Assembly: GCF_013167455.1 (NCBI RefSeq)
Contig: NZ_CP038328.1
Source: Escherichia coli O157:H7
GTDB lineage: Bacteria; Pseudomonadota; Gammaproteobacteria; Enterobacterales; Enterobacteriaceae
DNA: 64,000 nt
Reading direction: 5' to 3' (one strand)
The notes under the pieces were generated by a model. The model had not been told where the DNA came from and did no database searches. It saw nothing but the letters and a program-made list of their open reading frames with translations. This document shows positions 20,549 through 31,812 of this stretch, piece by piece; position 1 is the first letter of the stretch, and each line of letters opens with the position of its first letter. A program made the translations under genes and the position numbers.

Positions 20549-21993
20549 TGCAGGAAATCTATCGTTTTATCGACGATGCGATTGAAGCCGATCGCCAACG
20601 TTATACCGATATTGCCGATCAAATCTGGGATCATCCAGAAACACGTTTTGAAGAGTTCTGGTCAGCGGAGCATCTGGCTTCGGCGCTGGAATCTGCAGGC
20701 TTCACCGTTACCCGCAACGTAGGCAATATCCCAAATGCCTTTATTGCTTCGTTTGGTCAAGGCAAACCGGTTATCGCCCTGCTGGGAGAATATGACGCCC
20801 TGGCAGGTTTAAGTCAGCAAGCAGGTTGCGCGCAACCTACATCCGTGACGCCCGGTGAAAATGGTCACGGTTGCGGACACAATTTGCTGGGAACCGCCGC
20901 CTTTGCCGCTGCAATAGCCATCAAGAAATGGCTGGAACAATATGGGCAAGGCGGCACAGTGCGCTTTTATGGTTGTCCTGGCGAAGAAGGCGGCTCGGGT
21001 AAAACGTTCATGGTCCGCGAGGGGGTATTTGATGATGTGGATGCGGCACTCACCTGGCACCCGGAAGCCTTTGCCGGTATGTTCAATACCCGTACGCTGG
21101 CAAACATTCAGGCATCATGGCGCTTTAAAGGGATCGCAGCACATGCCGCGAATTCCCCTCATTTGGGACGCAGCGCCCTTGATGCCGTAACGTTGATGAC
21201 CACTGGCACCAACTTCCTCAACGAACATATTATTGAAAAAGCGCGCGTACACTATGCCATCACAAATAGTGGCGGGATCTCGCCCAACGTGGTCCAGGCG
21301 CAGGCAGAAGTGCTTTATCTTATCCGCGCCCCCGAAATGACCGACGTGCAGCATATTTATGATCGGGTCGCCAAAATCGCCGAAGGTGCGGCATTGATGA
21401 CCGAAACCACGGTTGAATGCCGCTTCGACAAAGCCTGTTCCAGTTATCTCCCGAATCGCACCTTAGAAAATGCCATGTACCAGGCCCTATCCCATTTTGG
21501 TACCCCGGAATGGAACTCCGAAGAACTGGCTTTTGCGAAACAAATTCAGGCTACGCTTACCTCCAACGATCGGCAAAACAGTCTGAATAATATCGCCGCA
21601 ACCGGTGGCGAAAACGGCAAGGTTTTTGCACTACGTCATCGTGAAACGGTACTGGCGAATGAAGTCGCTCCATATGCCGCCACCGATAACGTGCTTGCGG
21701 CATCGACTGATGTCGGCGACGTCAGTTGGAAACTGCCTGTTGCCCAGTGTTTCAGCCCCTGTTTTGCCGTCGGTACACCCCTACATACGTGGCAACTGGT
21801 TAGCCAGGGGCGAACATCTATTGCTCATAAAGGAATGCTGCTGGCGGCGAAAACTATGGCAGCAACCACACTCAATCTCTTCATTGATTCAGGGCTATTG
21901 CAAGAATGCCAACAAGAGCATCAGCAAGTTACGGACACGCAACCGTATCACTGCCCTATCCCGAAAAACGTGACACCGTCACCTTTAAAATAA
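20548..21993 (+). CDS. abgB: p-aminobenzoyl-glutamate hydrolase subunit B (M20 peptidase family)
   Basis: 481 aa; start overlaps abgA stop. Confidence 0.9.
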   Translation: MQEIYRFIDDAIEADRQRYTDIADQIWDHPETRFEEFWSAEHLASALESAGFTVTRNVGNIPNAFIASFGQGKPVIALLGEYDALAGLSQQAGCAQPTSVTPGENGHGCGHNLLGTAAFAAAIAIKKWLEQYGQGGTVRFYGCPGEEGGSGKTFMVREGVFDDVDAALTWHPEAFAGMFNTRTLANIQASWRFKGIAAHAANSPHLGRSALDAVTLMTTGTNFLNEHIIEKARVHYAITNSGGISPNVVQAQAEVLYLIRAPEMTDVQHIYDRVAKIAEGAALMTETTVECRFDKACSSYLPNRTLENAMYQALSHFGTPEWNSEELAFAKQIQATLTSNDRQNSLNNIAATGGENGKVFALRHRETVLANEVAPYAATDNVLAASTDVGDVSWKLPVAQCFSPCFAVGTPLHTWQLVSQGRTSIAHKGMLLAAKTMAATTLNLFIDSGLLQECQQEHQQVTDTQPYHCPIPKNVTPSPLK

Positions 21994-22851
21994 CAACAAC
22001 AACGCAAACACAACAACCGAGGAATGCCCATGAGTATGTCATCCATACCGTCGTCCTCCCAATCCGGGAAGCTCTATGGCTGGGTCGAAAGAATTGGTAA
22101 CAAGGTTCCCCATCCTTTTTTGCTCTTTATCTATTTGATTATCGTACTCATGGTGACGACGGCAATTTTGTCGGCCTTTGGCGTCAGTGCGAAAAACCCG
22201 ACCGATGGTACGCCGGTGGTGGTGAAAAACCTGCTCAGTGTGGAAGGATTACACTGGTTTTTACCCAATGTTATTAAAAACTTTAGCGGTTTTGCTCCAC
22301 TTGGTGCGATCCTGGCGCTGGTTTTAGGTGCCGGTCTGGCGGAGCGCGTCGGCTTACTGCCAGCACTAATGGTTAAAATGGCATCGCATGTTAATGCCCG
22401 CTACGCCAGTTATATGGTGCTGTTTATTGCTTTTTTCAGCCACATTTCTTCCGATGCGGCGTTAGTGATCATGCCACCGATGGGTGCGCTGATTTTTCTG
22501 GCGGTGGGCAGGCATCCAGTTGCAGGTTTACTGGCTGCCATTGCAGGCGTAGGTTGCGGCTTTACGGCTAATTTACTGATTGTCACAACCGACGTGTTGC
22601 TGTCGGGGATCAGCACGGAAGCGGCAGCTGCGTTCAATCCGCAAATGCACGTCAGTGTAATTGATAACTGGTATTTTATGGCCAGCTCCGTAGTCGTACT
22701 GACGATTGTTGGCGGCCTGATAACCGACAAAATCATCGAGCCACGGTTAGGTCAATGGCAGGGAAACAGCGATGAGAAACTGCAGACATTGACCAAATGA
22801 ACCGCCCCGGAAATCCTGGAGACTAAACTCCCTGAGAAAGAGGTAAACAGG

Positions 22852-23178
22852 ATGACTAAAAATACTCGTTTTTCCCCCGAAGTCCGTCAGCGGGCGATTC
22901 GTATGGTTCTGGAAAGTCAGGATGAATATGACTCACAGTGGGCGGCAATTTGTTCCATTGCCCCAAAGATTGGCTGTACGCCGGAGACTCTGCGTGTCTG
23001 GGTTCGCCAGCATGAGCGGGATACCGGGGGCGGTGATGGTGGGCTCACCAGCGCTGAACGTCAGCGTCTGAAAGAGCTGGAACGTGAAAATCGTGAACTG
23101 CGCCGCAGTAACGATATCCTTCGCCAGGCTTCCGCTTATTTTGCGAAGGCGGAGTTCGACCGCCTCTGGAAAAAATGA
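22852..23178 (+). CDS. IS3-family OrfA (HTH plus leucine zipper)
   Basis: 108 aa [22 protein letters not shown]...; ends at A-AAA-AAT slippery region. Confidence 0.9.
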   Translation: MTKNTRFSPEVRQRAIRMVLESQDEYDSQWAAICSIAPKIGCTPETLRVWVRQHERDTGGGDGGLTSAERQRLKELERENRELRRSNDILRQASAYFAKAEFDRLWKK

Positions 23179-23828
23179 TGCCACTGCTGGATAAGCTGCG
23201 TGAGCAGTACGGGGTCGGACCGGTATGCAGCGAACTGCATATTGCCCCGTCAACGTATTACCATTGTCAGCAACAGCGACATCATCCGGATAAACGCAGT
23301 GCCCGTGCGCAGCACGACGACTGGCTGAAGAGAGAGATACAGCGCGTATACGATGAAAATCATCAGGTGTACGGTGTGCGTAAAGTCTGGCGTCAGTTGT
23401 TACGGGAAGGAATCAGGGTGGCCAGATGTACAGTGGCACGTCTCATGGCGGTTATGGGACTTGCCGGTGTTCTCCGGGGTAAATGGGCCCGTCGTCCGTC
23501 TGGCACCATCCATCACAGCGATAAAGGCTCTCAGTATGTGTCACTGGCCTATACGGAGCGACTAAAAGAAGCCGGATTACTGGCATCAACAGGGAGTACA
23601 GGCGACTCGTATGACAACGCGATGGCTGAGAGCATCAATGGTCTTTACAAAGCGGAGGTAATACACCGTAAGAGCTGGAAAAACCGTGCAGAAGTGGAAC
23701 TGGCCACACTAACGTGGGTGGACTGGTATAACAATCGACGATTGCTGGGAAGGCTGGGCCATACTCCTCCGGCAGAAGCAGAAAAAGCTTATTATGCTTC
23801 CATCGGAAACGATGATCTGGCAGCCTGA
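23175..23828 (+). CDS. IS3-family OrfB transposase, internally deleted (first DDE Asp missing)
   Basis: 217-aa ORF; retains HSDKGSQY and DNAMAES motifs but no W..D.TY motif upstream. Confidence 0.75.
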   Translation: MMPLLDKLREQYGVGPVCSELHIAPSTYYHCQQQRHHPDKRSARAQHDDWLKREIQRVYDENHQVYGVRKVWRQLLREGIRVARCTVARLMAVMGLAGVLRGKWARRPSGTIHHSDKGSQYVSLAYTERLKEAGLLASTGSTGDSYDNAMAESINGLYKAEVIHRKSWKNRAEVELATLTWVDWYNNRRLLGRLGHTPPAEAEKAYYASIGNDDLAA

Positions 23829-24641
23829 GTTCACAGATAAAACACTCTCCAGGAAACCCGGGGCGGTTCAAAAGTCAGCGTTTTGGTTTACGCATAGCAG
23901 GTGTCGTATCGCTACTTTTTATTGCTGCGATTGCGCTGATGGTGATCCCGGAAAACGGGATATTGCGCGATCCGATTAATCACACCGTGATGCCATCACC
24001 CTTTATTAAAGGTATCGTGCCACTGATCATTCTTTTTTTCTTTGTTGTCTCGCTGGCTTATGGCATCGCTACCCGCACAATTCGACGTCAGGCGGATTTA
24101 CCGCATTTAATGATTGAACCGATGAAAGAGATGGCGGGATTTATCGTGATGGTTTTTCCCCTCGCCCAGTTTGTCGCCATGTTTAACTGGAGCAACATGG
24201 GGAAATTCATCGCCGTGGGGCTGACCGATATCCTGGAAAGTTCAGGGCTTAGCGGCATCCCGGCGTTTGTCGGTCTGGCGTTGCTTTCCTCTTTCTTATG
24301 CATGTTTATCGCCAGCGGTTCCGCAATCTGGTCGATTCTGGCCCCCATTTTCGTACCAATGTTTATGCTACTTGGCTTTCACCCGGCATTTGCGCAAATC
24401 CTCTTTCGTATTGCCGACTCATCCGTATTGCCTTTAGCGCCAGTATCTCCTTTTGTTCCACTGTTTCTTGGATTCCTGCAACGCTACAAACCAGACGCGA
24501 AACTGGGTACTTACTATTCGTTAGTCTTGCCCTATCCGCTTATCTTTTTGGTGGTATGGCTGCTGATGTTGCTGGCGTGGTATCTTGTGGGCCTGCCGAT
24601 AGGTCCGGGTATTTACCCACGTTTGTCTTAAGAGAGAACGG

Positions 24642-25157
24642 ATGCTGAGATTACTTGAAGAAAAAATTGCCACACCACTGGGTCCACTGTGGGTGATTTG
24701 CGATGAGCAATTTCGCCTGCGGGCGGTTGAATGGGAAGAGTACAGCGAACGCATGGTGCAGCTGCTGGACATCCATTATCGCAAAGAAGGCTATGAGCGC
24801 ATTTCTGCCACCAATCCAGGCGGTTTAAGCGACAAGCTTCGTGAATATTTTGCCGGTAATCTTAGCATTATTGATACGCTTCCCACTGCTACGGGGGGGA
24901 CGCCATTTCAGCGCGAAGTCTGGAAAACACTACGCACTATCCCCTGCGGGCAGGTAATGCATTACGGCGAACTGGCTGAGCAATTGGGCCGTCCTGGCGC
25001 GGCGCGTGCCGTTGGTGCGGCAAACGGATCGAATCCCATCAGCATCGTCGTACCTTGCCATCGGGTTATTGGCCGAAACGGCACCATGACCGGATATGCA
25101 GGCGGAGTTCAGCGAAAAGAGTGGTTATTGCGCCACGAAGGTTATCTTTTGCTGTAA
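24642..25157 (+). CDS. ogt: O6-methylguanine-DNA methyltransferase
   Basis: 171 aa; active-site PCHRV. Confidence 0.9.
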   Translation: MLRLLEEKIATPLGPLWVICDEQFRLRAVEWEEYSERMVQLLDIHYRKEGYERISATNPGGLSDKLREYFAGNLSIIDTLPTATGGTPFQREVWKTLRTIPCGQVMHYGELAEQLGRPGAARAVGAANGSNPISIVVPCHRVIGRNGTMTGYAGGVQRKEWLLRHEGYLLL

Positions 25158-25351
25158 ACATTAAACAATTTGTGCCAGCTTGTTCACACTTTTATGTAAA
25201 GTTACCCTTAACAACTTAAGGGTTTTCAAATAGATAGACATATATTTACATCTAATATCGGAATTCTCTGCTGTTAAGGTTTGCTTAGACTTACTTGCTC
25301 CCTAAAAAGATGTTAAAATTGACAAATATCAATTACGGCTTGAGCAGACCT

Positions 25352-26104
25352 ATGATCCCGGAAAAGCGAATTATACGGCGCATTCAGTCTGGCGGTTGTG
25401 CTATCCATTGCCAGGATTGCAGCATCAGCCAGCTTTGCATCCCGTTCACACTCAACGAACATGAGCTTGATCAGCTTGATAATATCATTGAGCGGAAGAA
25501 GCCTATTCAGAAAGGCCAGACGCTGTTTAAGGCTGGTGATGAACTTAAATCGCTTTATGCCATCCGCTCCGGTACGATTAAAAGTTATACCATCACTGAG
25601 CAAGGCGACGAGCAAATCACTGGTTTCCATTTAGCAGGCGACCTGGTGGGATTTGACGCCATCGGCAGCGGCCATCACCCGAGCTTCGCGCAGGCGCTGG
25701 AAACCTCGATGGTATGTGAAATCCCGTTCGAAACGCTGGACGATTTGTCCGGTAAAATGCCGAATCTGCGTCAGCAGATGATGCGTCTGATGAGCGGTGA
25801 AATCAAAGGCGATCAGGACATGATCCTGCTGTTGTCAAAGAAAAATGCCGAGGAACGTCTGGCTGCATTCATCTACAACCTGTCCCGTCGTTTTGCCCAA
25901 CGCGGCTTCTCCCCTCGTGAATTCCGCCTGACGATGACTCGTGGCGATATCGGTAACTATCTGGGCCTGACGGTAGAAACCATCAGCCGTCTGCTGGGTC
26001 GCTTCCAGAAAAGCGGTATGCTGGCAGTCAAAGGTAAATACATCACCATCGAAAATAACGATGCGCTGGCCCAGCTTGCTGGTCATACGCGTAACGTTGC
26101 CTGA
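25352..26104 (+). CDS. fnr: FNR anaerobic global regulator
   Basis: 250 aa from [24 protein letters not shown]-terminal Cys cluster; CRP-family HTH. Confidence 0.95.
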
Positions 26105-26255
26105 TTTTTCCGCATAACTCACTATCCTTCTGTCATATCATTAAATTTTTCTGATTTATTGATCTGGCAGAAGGTTCATCACTGTTTCATTCACCAGATA
26201 TGGGTTAATCTTTTAATTACAAACTGCGTTGACAGTTGTTGTAAGGAGACCCTGT

Positions 26256-27206
26256 ATGGCTATGTATCAGAACATGCTCGTTGTTATCGATCCTAACCAG
26301 GACGACCAACCAGCATTGCGGCGAGCTGTTTATTTACATCAACGGATTGGTGGCAAAATTAAAGCCTTTTTGCCGATCTATGACTTCTCATACGAAATGA
26401 CCACCCTGCTCTCCCCGGACGAACGTACCGCTATGCGTCAGGGCGTCATCAGCCAGCGTACAGCCTGGATCCACGAGCAGGCAAAATATTATCTCAATGC
26501 TGGCGTTCCCATTGAAATTAAAGTGGTCTGGCATAACCGTCCTTTCGAAGCCATCATTCAGGAAGTGATCAGCGGCGGGCACGATTTGGTGCTAAAAATG
26601 GCGCACCAACATGACCGTCTGGAAGCGGTGATTTTTACGCCAACGGACTGGCACCTGTTACGCAAATGCCCAAGCCCGGTGTGGATGGTGAAAGACCAGC
26701 CGTGGCCGGAAGGAGGTAAGGCGCTGGTGGCGGTGAATCTCGCCAGTGAAGAGCCGTATCATAATGCGCTCAATGAAAAACTGGTCAAAGAGACGATCGA
26801 ACTGGCAGAACAAGTCAACCATACCGAAGTTCATCTGGTTGGCGCTTATCCGGTAACGCCAATTAATATCGCGATTGAACTGCCGGAATTTGATCCGAGC
26901 GTTTATAACGATGCCATTCGTGGGCAACATTTGCTGGCAATGAAAGCCCTGCGGCAGAAATTCGGCATTAATGAAAACATGACGCACGTAGAAAAAGGTC
27001 TGCCAGAAGAGGTGATTCCTGATTTGGCGGAGCACTTACAGGCGGGGATTGTGGTTCTGGGCACGGTAGGACGCACCGGTATTTCAGCAGCATTCCTCGG
27101 CAACACGGCGGAACAGGTGATTGATCATCTTCGCTGCGATCTGTTGGTCATTAAACCTGACCAGTATCAGACACCCGTTGAACTGGATGACGAAGAAGAC
27201 GATTAA
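26256..27206 (+). CDS. uspE: tandem universal stress protein UspE
   Basis: 316 aa from MAMYQNM; two Usp domains. Confidence 0.9.
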   Translation: MAMYQNMLVVIDPNQDDQPALRRAVYLHQRIGGKIKAFLPIYDFSYEMTTLLSPDERTAMRQGVISQRTAWIHEQAKYYLNAGVPIEIKVVWHNRPFEAIIQEVISGGHDLVLKMAHQHDRLEAVIFTPTDWHLLRKCPSPVWMVKDQPWPEGGKALVAVNLASEEPYHNALNEKLVKETIELAEQVNHTEVHLVGAYPVTPINIAIELPEFDPSVYNDAIRGQHLLAMKALRQKFGINENMTHVEKGLPEEVIPDLAEHLQAGIVVLGTVGRTGISAAFLGNTAEQVIDHLRCDLLVIKPDQYQTPVELDDEEDD

Positions 27207-27227
27207 CGACTCCTCAATAACTGACAA

Positions 27228-27253
27228 GGCCCGAGTTATCGGGCCTATTTTTT
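27228..27253 (+). terminator. intrinsic terminator after uspE
   Basis: GGCCCGA-GTTA-TCGGGCC followed by TATTTTTT. Confidence 0.7.
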
Positions 27254-27255
27254 AC

Positions 27256-27513
27256 TTACTGCTCTTCGCCGCCAAGGAAATAAATTCCCAACGGGATTGC
27301 CAGCAACACAGTAAAGACCAGGCTATAAACAAAAATCATCGATGACTGAATCACATACATTGATGTCGTCCACTCCGACAGCGGAATATTGTACTGTTCT
27401 ATAACGCCGCCGATAGTCGCGCGAGTCACAACCGACGCCGCAATAATGAAAACCGCCAACAAACCAAAGAGAAATTTCTTCCCTTTCGCTGACTTCAGTT
27501 TCGCCATAATCAT
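27256..27513 (-). CDS. ynaJ: small inner-membrane protein
   Basis: 85 aa, two predicted TM segments. Confidence 0.8.
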   Translation of the reverse strand: MIMAKLKSAKGKKFLFGLLAVFIIAASVVTRATIGGVIEQYNIPLSEWTTSMYVIQSSMIFVYSLVFTVLLAIPLGIYFLGGEEQ

Positions 27514-27756
27514 GATGTAATCCTTGTGCAGACAAATTTCTTGTTACCTAAACGTAACAATACCATGACATTTCACCATTGTCTGCTCTGAAAACCTCAC
27601 CTCTTAGCTGGATTTACAATCAACGCATTGATTAGTTAGCTAATGTTGCTACTTCCTTCCCTGACTATTGATGATCTGAATGAATTGTCGCGGTAAAATA
27701 GCCCCGCCAGGGGTTTCCGGCATGACGACAATTATCTGGAGGAGCCTGATAAAACA

Positions 27757-28788
27757 ATGATCGCTGAACTGTTTACAAATAATGCGCTTAATCTGGTCAT
27801 TATTTTCGGTAGCTGCGCAGCATTGATTCTGATGAGCTTTTGGTTTCGCCGCGGAAATCGTAAAAGAAAAGGCTTTTTATTCCATGCGGTGCAATTTTTA
27901 ATCTACACCATAATTATCAGTGCTGTTGGTAGCATTATTAATTATGTTATAGAAAACTATAAACTCAAATTTATCACTCCAGGCGTTATCGATTTTATCT
28001 GTACGTCCCTGATTGCGGTTATTCTGACGATTAAGCTATTTTTGCTGATTAATCAGTTTGAAAAACAGCAGATTAAAAAGGGTCGCGATATCACCAGTGC
28101 GCGGATTATGTCGCGCATTATCAAAATCACCATTATTGTGGTGCTTGTTCTGCTTTATGGCGAACATTTCGGCATGAGCCTTTCTGGCTTGCTGACCTTT
28201 GGTGGTATTGGTGGTCTGGCTGTCGGTATGGCTGGCAAAGATATTCTGAGTAATTTCTTTTCCGGGATCATGCTCTATTTCGACCGTCCTTTCAGTATTG
28301 GCGACTGGATCCGTTCACCGGACAGAAATATCGAAGGTACAGTAGCGGAAATTGGCTGGCGAATTACCAAAATTACGACCTTTGATAATCGTCCATTGTA
28401 CGTACCGAACTCGCTGTTTTCATCGATCAGCGTAGAAAACCCAGGACGAATGACCAACCGCCGCATTACCACGACCATTGGTTTACGTTATGAGGATGCG
28501 GCAAAAGTGGGCGTTATCGTCGAAGCCGTACGTGAGATGCTGAAAAATCACCCGGCCATCGACCAGCGACAAACCTTACTGGTTTATTTCAACCAGTTTG
28601 CTGACTCGTCATTGAATATTATGGTTTATTGCTTTACCAAAACCACGGTATGGGCTGAGTGGCTTGCTGCACAGCAAGACGTTTATTTGAAGATTATCGA
28701 TATTGTACAGTCACACGGCGCGGACTTTGCCTTCCCCAGCCAGACGCTGTATATGGATAACATTACACCGCCGGAACAGGGTCGCTAA
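27757..28788 (+). CDS. ynaI: MscS-family mechanosensitive channel
   Basis: 343 aa; N-terminal TM helices plus MscS-like C-terminal domain. Confidence 0.9.
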
Positions 28789-28798
28789 ATCAGACATC

Positions 28799-28828
28799 AC
28801 TGGCGTTATCCACAAGGGTAACGCCAGT
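28799..28828. terminator. hairpin between convergent ynaI and mppA (no T-run)
   Basis: ACTGGCGTTA-N10-TAACGCCAGT perfect 10-bp stem. Confidence 0.35.
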
Positions 28829-28838
28829 TCCCATCACA

Positions 28839-30452
28839 TCAATGCTTCACAATATACATAGTCCGACTGTACGCCACATCCTCAGGGTTATTAATGGGAT
28901 AACCTTTCAGCCACGGTTTGATTAATCGTCCATTGGTATATTGATAAATTGGTGCAATCGGTGCTTGCTCCATGAGGATTTTTTCTGCCGCGTTGTAATC
29001 GGCATTACGCGCTTTAACGGTATTTTCCGTCGATGCCTGGGCCAGAACTTTGTCGTATGCCGGATTGTTAAAGCGTGAAATATTTCCTGAATGCGTTGAC
29101 GTTAATAATGTCAGGAAAGTGGAGGGTTCATTATAATCCCCCACCCATGAGGCGCGGATAACATCAAAATTGCCGGTGTTACGGCTATCGATATAGGTTT
29201 TCCATTCCTGATTTTGCAATTTAACATCTACGCCAAGGTTCTTTTTCCACATCGATGCTACAGCAATCGCAATTTTTTGATGGTTTTCTGAAGTGTTATA
29301 CAAAAGCGTCAGCTTCAGCGGTTTTTGCGGACCATAACCAGCTGCGCTCAACAAAGTTTTTGCCTGCGCATTCAGTTCTTCCTGACTCATTTGTTCAAAC
29401 GGCGAAGGTTCCGGCGTAAATCCGGCGGTAACATCTGGTGTAAAATGCCACGCTGGCTTTTCGCCCGTCCCTAATACTTTTTCGGTCATCAGGCGGCGAT
29501 CTATCGTCATACTTAATGCCAGACGAACGCGCTGATCTGCCGTCGGCCCTTTTTGCGTGTTAAACGCATAATAATAGGTCCCGAGCTGCGGCGGCGTATA
29601 AACCTGCCCCGGAATATCCTTCAACAGCTTCTGATACATATTTTTCGGGAAGGATTCGGTGATATCAATATCCCCCGCGAGGTAACGCTTAGTGGCTGCG
29701 GATTCCTGATTAATTGGCAGGAAGGTCACTTTTTGCAGTACCGTTTTGGCGTTATCCCAATAATGGGTATTCGGTACCACGACCAGTTTTTCATTGACTA
29801 CGCGCTCTTTAAGAACATAAGCGCCATTGCCGATCAGATTTCCGGGTTTCGTCCACTCTTTACCGCTTTCTACGTTGGCTTTTTGCACCGGGAAGAAGGC
29901 AAAGTTAGCGGTTAAATTCACAAACCACGGCAACGGTTTATCAAGCTGAATTTTCAAAGTATGGACATCAACTGCGGTGACGCCAAGCTGGTCAGGTGTA
30001 GCTTTACCATCAATAATCGCCTGTGCGTTGTTGATTCCCGCCAGCGCGGCAAACCATGCAAATGGCGATAGCGTTTTCGGGTCCACCAGACGCTGCCAGC
30101 TGTAGACAAAATCTTGCGCCGTTACCGGTGTGCCATCCGCCCATTTTGCGTTATCGCGCAGGGTAAAAGTCCAGATACGGTTGTCATTACTTTTCCACTG
30201 AGTCGCAACGCCGGGGACAATCTCCCCTTTCTCGTTCTGATTCACCAGTCCTTCAAACAGATCGCGAATGACCTGAATCTCTGGCAGGCCCACGGCTTTA
30301 GCGGGATCCAGCGACGCAGGCTCATCTTTAATGTGGCGCACCAGCTCCTGCTTCTCTGCCAGTACTGTGCCGCTCGGAACTTCTGCAGCATACGAAAGAG
30401 AAATGCTGCTGACCAACAGCGCACAACACGTGACTGAAACAGAGTGCTTCAT
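28839..30452 (-). CDS. mppA: periplasmic murein tripeptide-binding protein
   Basis: 537 aa from MKHSVSV; signal peptide; OppA-like family 5 SBP. Confidence 0.9.
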   Translation of the reverse strand: MKHSVSVTCCALLVSSISLSYAAEVPSGTVLAEKQELVRHIKDEPASLDPAKAVGLPEIQVIRDLFEGLVNQNEKGEIVPGVATQWKSNDNRIWTFTLRDNAKWADGTPVTAQDFVYSWQRLVDPKTLSPFAWFAALAGINNAQAIIDGKATPDQLGVTAVDVHTLKIQLDKPLPWFVNLTANFAFFPVQKANVESGKEWTKPGNLIGNGAYVLKERVVNEKLVVVPNTHYWDNAKTVLQKVTFLPINQESAATKRYLAGDIDITESFPKNMYQKLLKDIPGQVYTPPQLGTYYYAFNTQKGPTADQRVRLALSMTIDRRLMTEKVLGTGEKPAWHFTPDVTAGFTPEPSPFEQMSQEELNAQAKTLLSAAGYGPQKPLKLTLLYNTSENHQKIAIAVASMWKKNLGVDVKLQNQEWKTYIDSRNTGNFDVIRASWVGDYNEPSTFLTLLTSTHSGNISRFNNPAYDKVLAQASTENTVKARNADYNAAEKILMEQAPIAPIYQYTNGRLIKPWLKGYPINNPEDVAYSRTMYIVKH

Positions 30453-30787
30453 AAGTTTCCCTCTAACCGACATTAAAATTGATGCGTAATTATTTGTTTC
30501 GCCTTAAAGAAATGCAAACAACTTCCATCAGAAAGTGACACAGGAAGCATAAAATGTTTTATGTATCAATATATTAAATCAGATTTAGTGTAAATAATAG
30601 ACGCCAAAATGCGGCAAAGCACATAGAACACCGAACACTACGTTCGGGCTTCACACGTTCAAACCAGTTTTCGGTATCATAATCAGCATCTGTCGCCATT
30701 GTACGAAGAATAAAAAATAACCAAAACGTTGAAAGGAACTGAGAATACGTTAAGAGAAGAATTAAATTAATGTATCAGCAAGTAGTG

Positions 30788-31687
30788 CTAAACAGCACCT
30801 TTATACTTCAGCCTATCTATAAATAATGAGAATGCCGAGCCAGCATGTCGACGGTGTGGATAGTACAGGTGATAACCGGGTAAATCTGGTGTGAATTTAT
30901 CCAAAACACGTATCAGTTTTTTTTCTTTAATCGCCCGCTCAACCTGATCATAAGGTAGATACGCCAATCCATGCCCATCAATTGCAGCATCAATGATCAG
31001 GTCTATCGTATTCAGTAAAAGCTGACCTTCCATGCGAACACGAACTTCACGTCCACCGCGTATTAATCTCCAGCGATTTGCTGTACCCGATGTGGGAAGA
31101 TACAAATTAATTGCCTGATGATCTATTAATTGTGACACTGACGTTGGAACACTTCGGCGAGAAAAATAATCCGGTGAGCCAACAATAGCCATTGGTATAT
31201 CTGGCCCGATTCGAATGGCGATCATATCTTTATCCATCTCCCCACCCAGACGGACGCCTGCATCAAAACGTTCAGAAACGACATCAGTCAAACCATAATC
31301 AATGATAAGCTGAATATCAATTTCAGGGTGTGATTTCAGGAATGTGCGCATGGCTGGTAACAATATCGTTTTTGCTGCATGTTCTACAGTAGTAATACGT
31401 ATTGTCCCGGATGGGCGGTTCTGCAGATCGCTCAGGGATGCCAGGGCAGAATCTATGTCATGCAGCATAGGGCCAAGAACAGACAAAAGATGCTCGCCCG
31501 CTTCAGTGGGTACAACACTGCGCGTGGTTCGCGTCAGAAGCCGCAATCCCAATCGTTCTTCTATACGGCGCACTATCTGGCTTAAAGCTGACTGCGCCAT
31601 GCTCAGGCGGGCTGCTGCGCGAGTGAAGCTACGCTCCTCTGCAACGACGACAAACGCCATCAGATCAGCGATCTCTTCACGCTTCAT
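30788..31687 (-). CDS. pgrR: LysR-family regulator (peptidoglycan recycling regulator)
   Basis: 299 aa; N-terminal HTH; divergent from ycjY. Confidence 0.85.
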   Translation of the reverse strand: MKREEIADLMAFVVVAEERSFTRAAARLSMAQSALSQIVRRIEERLGLRLLTRTTRSVVPTEAGEHLLSVLGPMLHDIDSALASLSDLQNRPSGTIRITTVEHAAKTILLPAMRTFLKSHPEIDIQLIIDYGLTDVVSERFDAGVRLGGEMDKDMIAIRIGPDIPMAIVGSPDYFSRRSVPTSVSQLIDHQAINLYLPTSGTANRWRLIRGGREVRVRMEGQLLLNTIDLIIDAAIDGHGLAYLPYDQVERAIKEKKLIRVLDKFTPDLPGYHLYYPHRRHAGSAFSLFIDRLKYKGAV

Positions 31688-31712
31688 TCAGTATCTCCAT
31701 ACAATCTATTAA

Positions 31713-31726
31713 TCATTTAAATGATA
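31713..31726. promoter_or_regulatory. candidate LysR-type operator in the pgrR-ycjY divergent region
   Basis: perfect palindrome ATCATTTAAATGAT (T-N11-A type); GGTCTAATCA direct repeats downstream. Confidence 0.35.
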
Positions 31727-31812
31727 GGTCTAATCATGATTTAGGGTCTAATCAACTTAATGATCAATATCTATAGTGATATCACCAACCGTTAAAACGA
31801 ACCAACAACTCC

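Larger units (their letters stand above)
22798..23870 (+). mobile_element. IS3-family element, IS629-like, internally deleted (1073 bp)
   Basis: imperfect terminal inverted repeats TGAACCGCCCCGG...CCGGGGCGGTTCA; AAA on both flanks; orfA then orfB in -1 frame. Confidence 0.85.
22024..24631 (+). pseudogene. abgT: abgT (p-aminobenzoyl-glutamate transporter) interrupted by an IS element
   Basis: N-terminal 258 codons end at TGA supplied by the IS left end (22798); C-terminal ~250 codons resume after 23870. Confidence 0.85.

Noticed and set aside
28799-28828. Hairpin between ynaI and mppA as a strong terminator
   Set aside because: Perfect 10-bp stem but no flanking T-run on either strand; kept only as a low-confidence feature.
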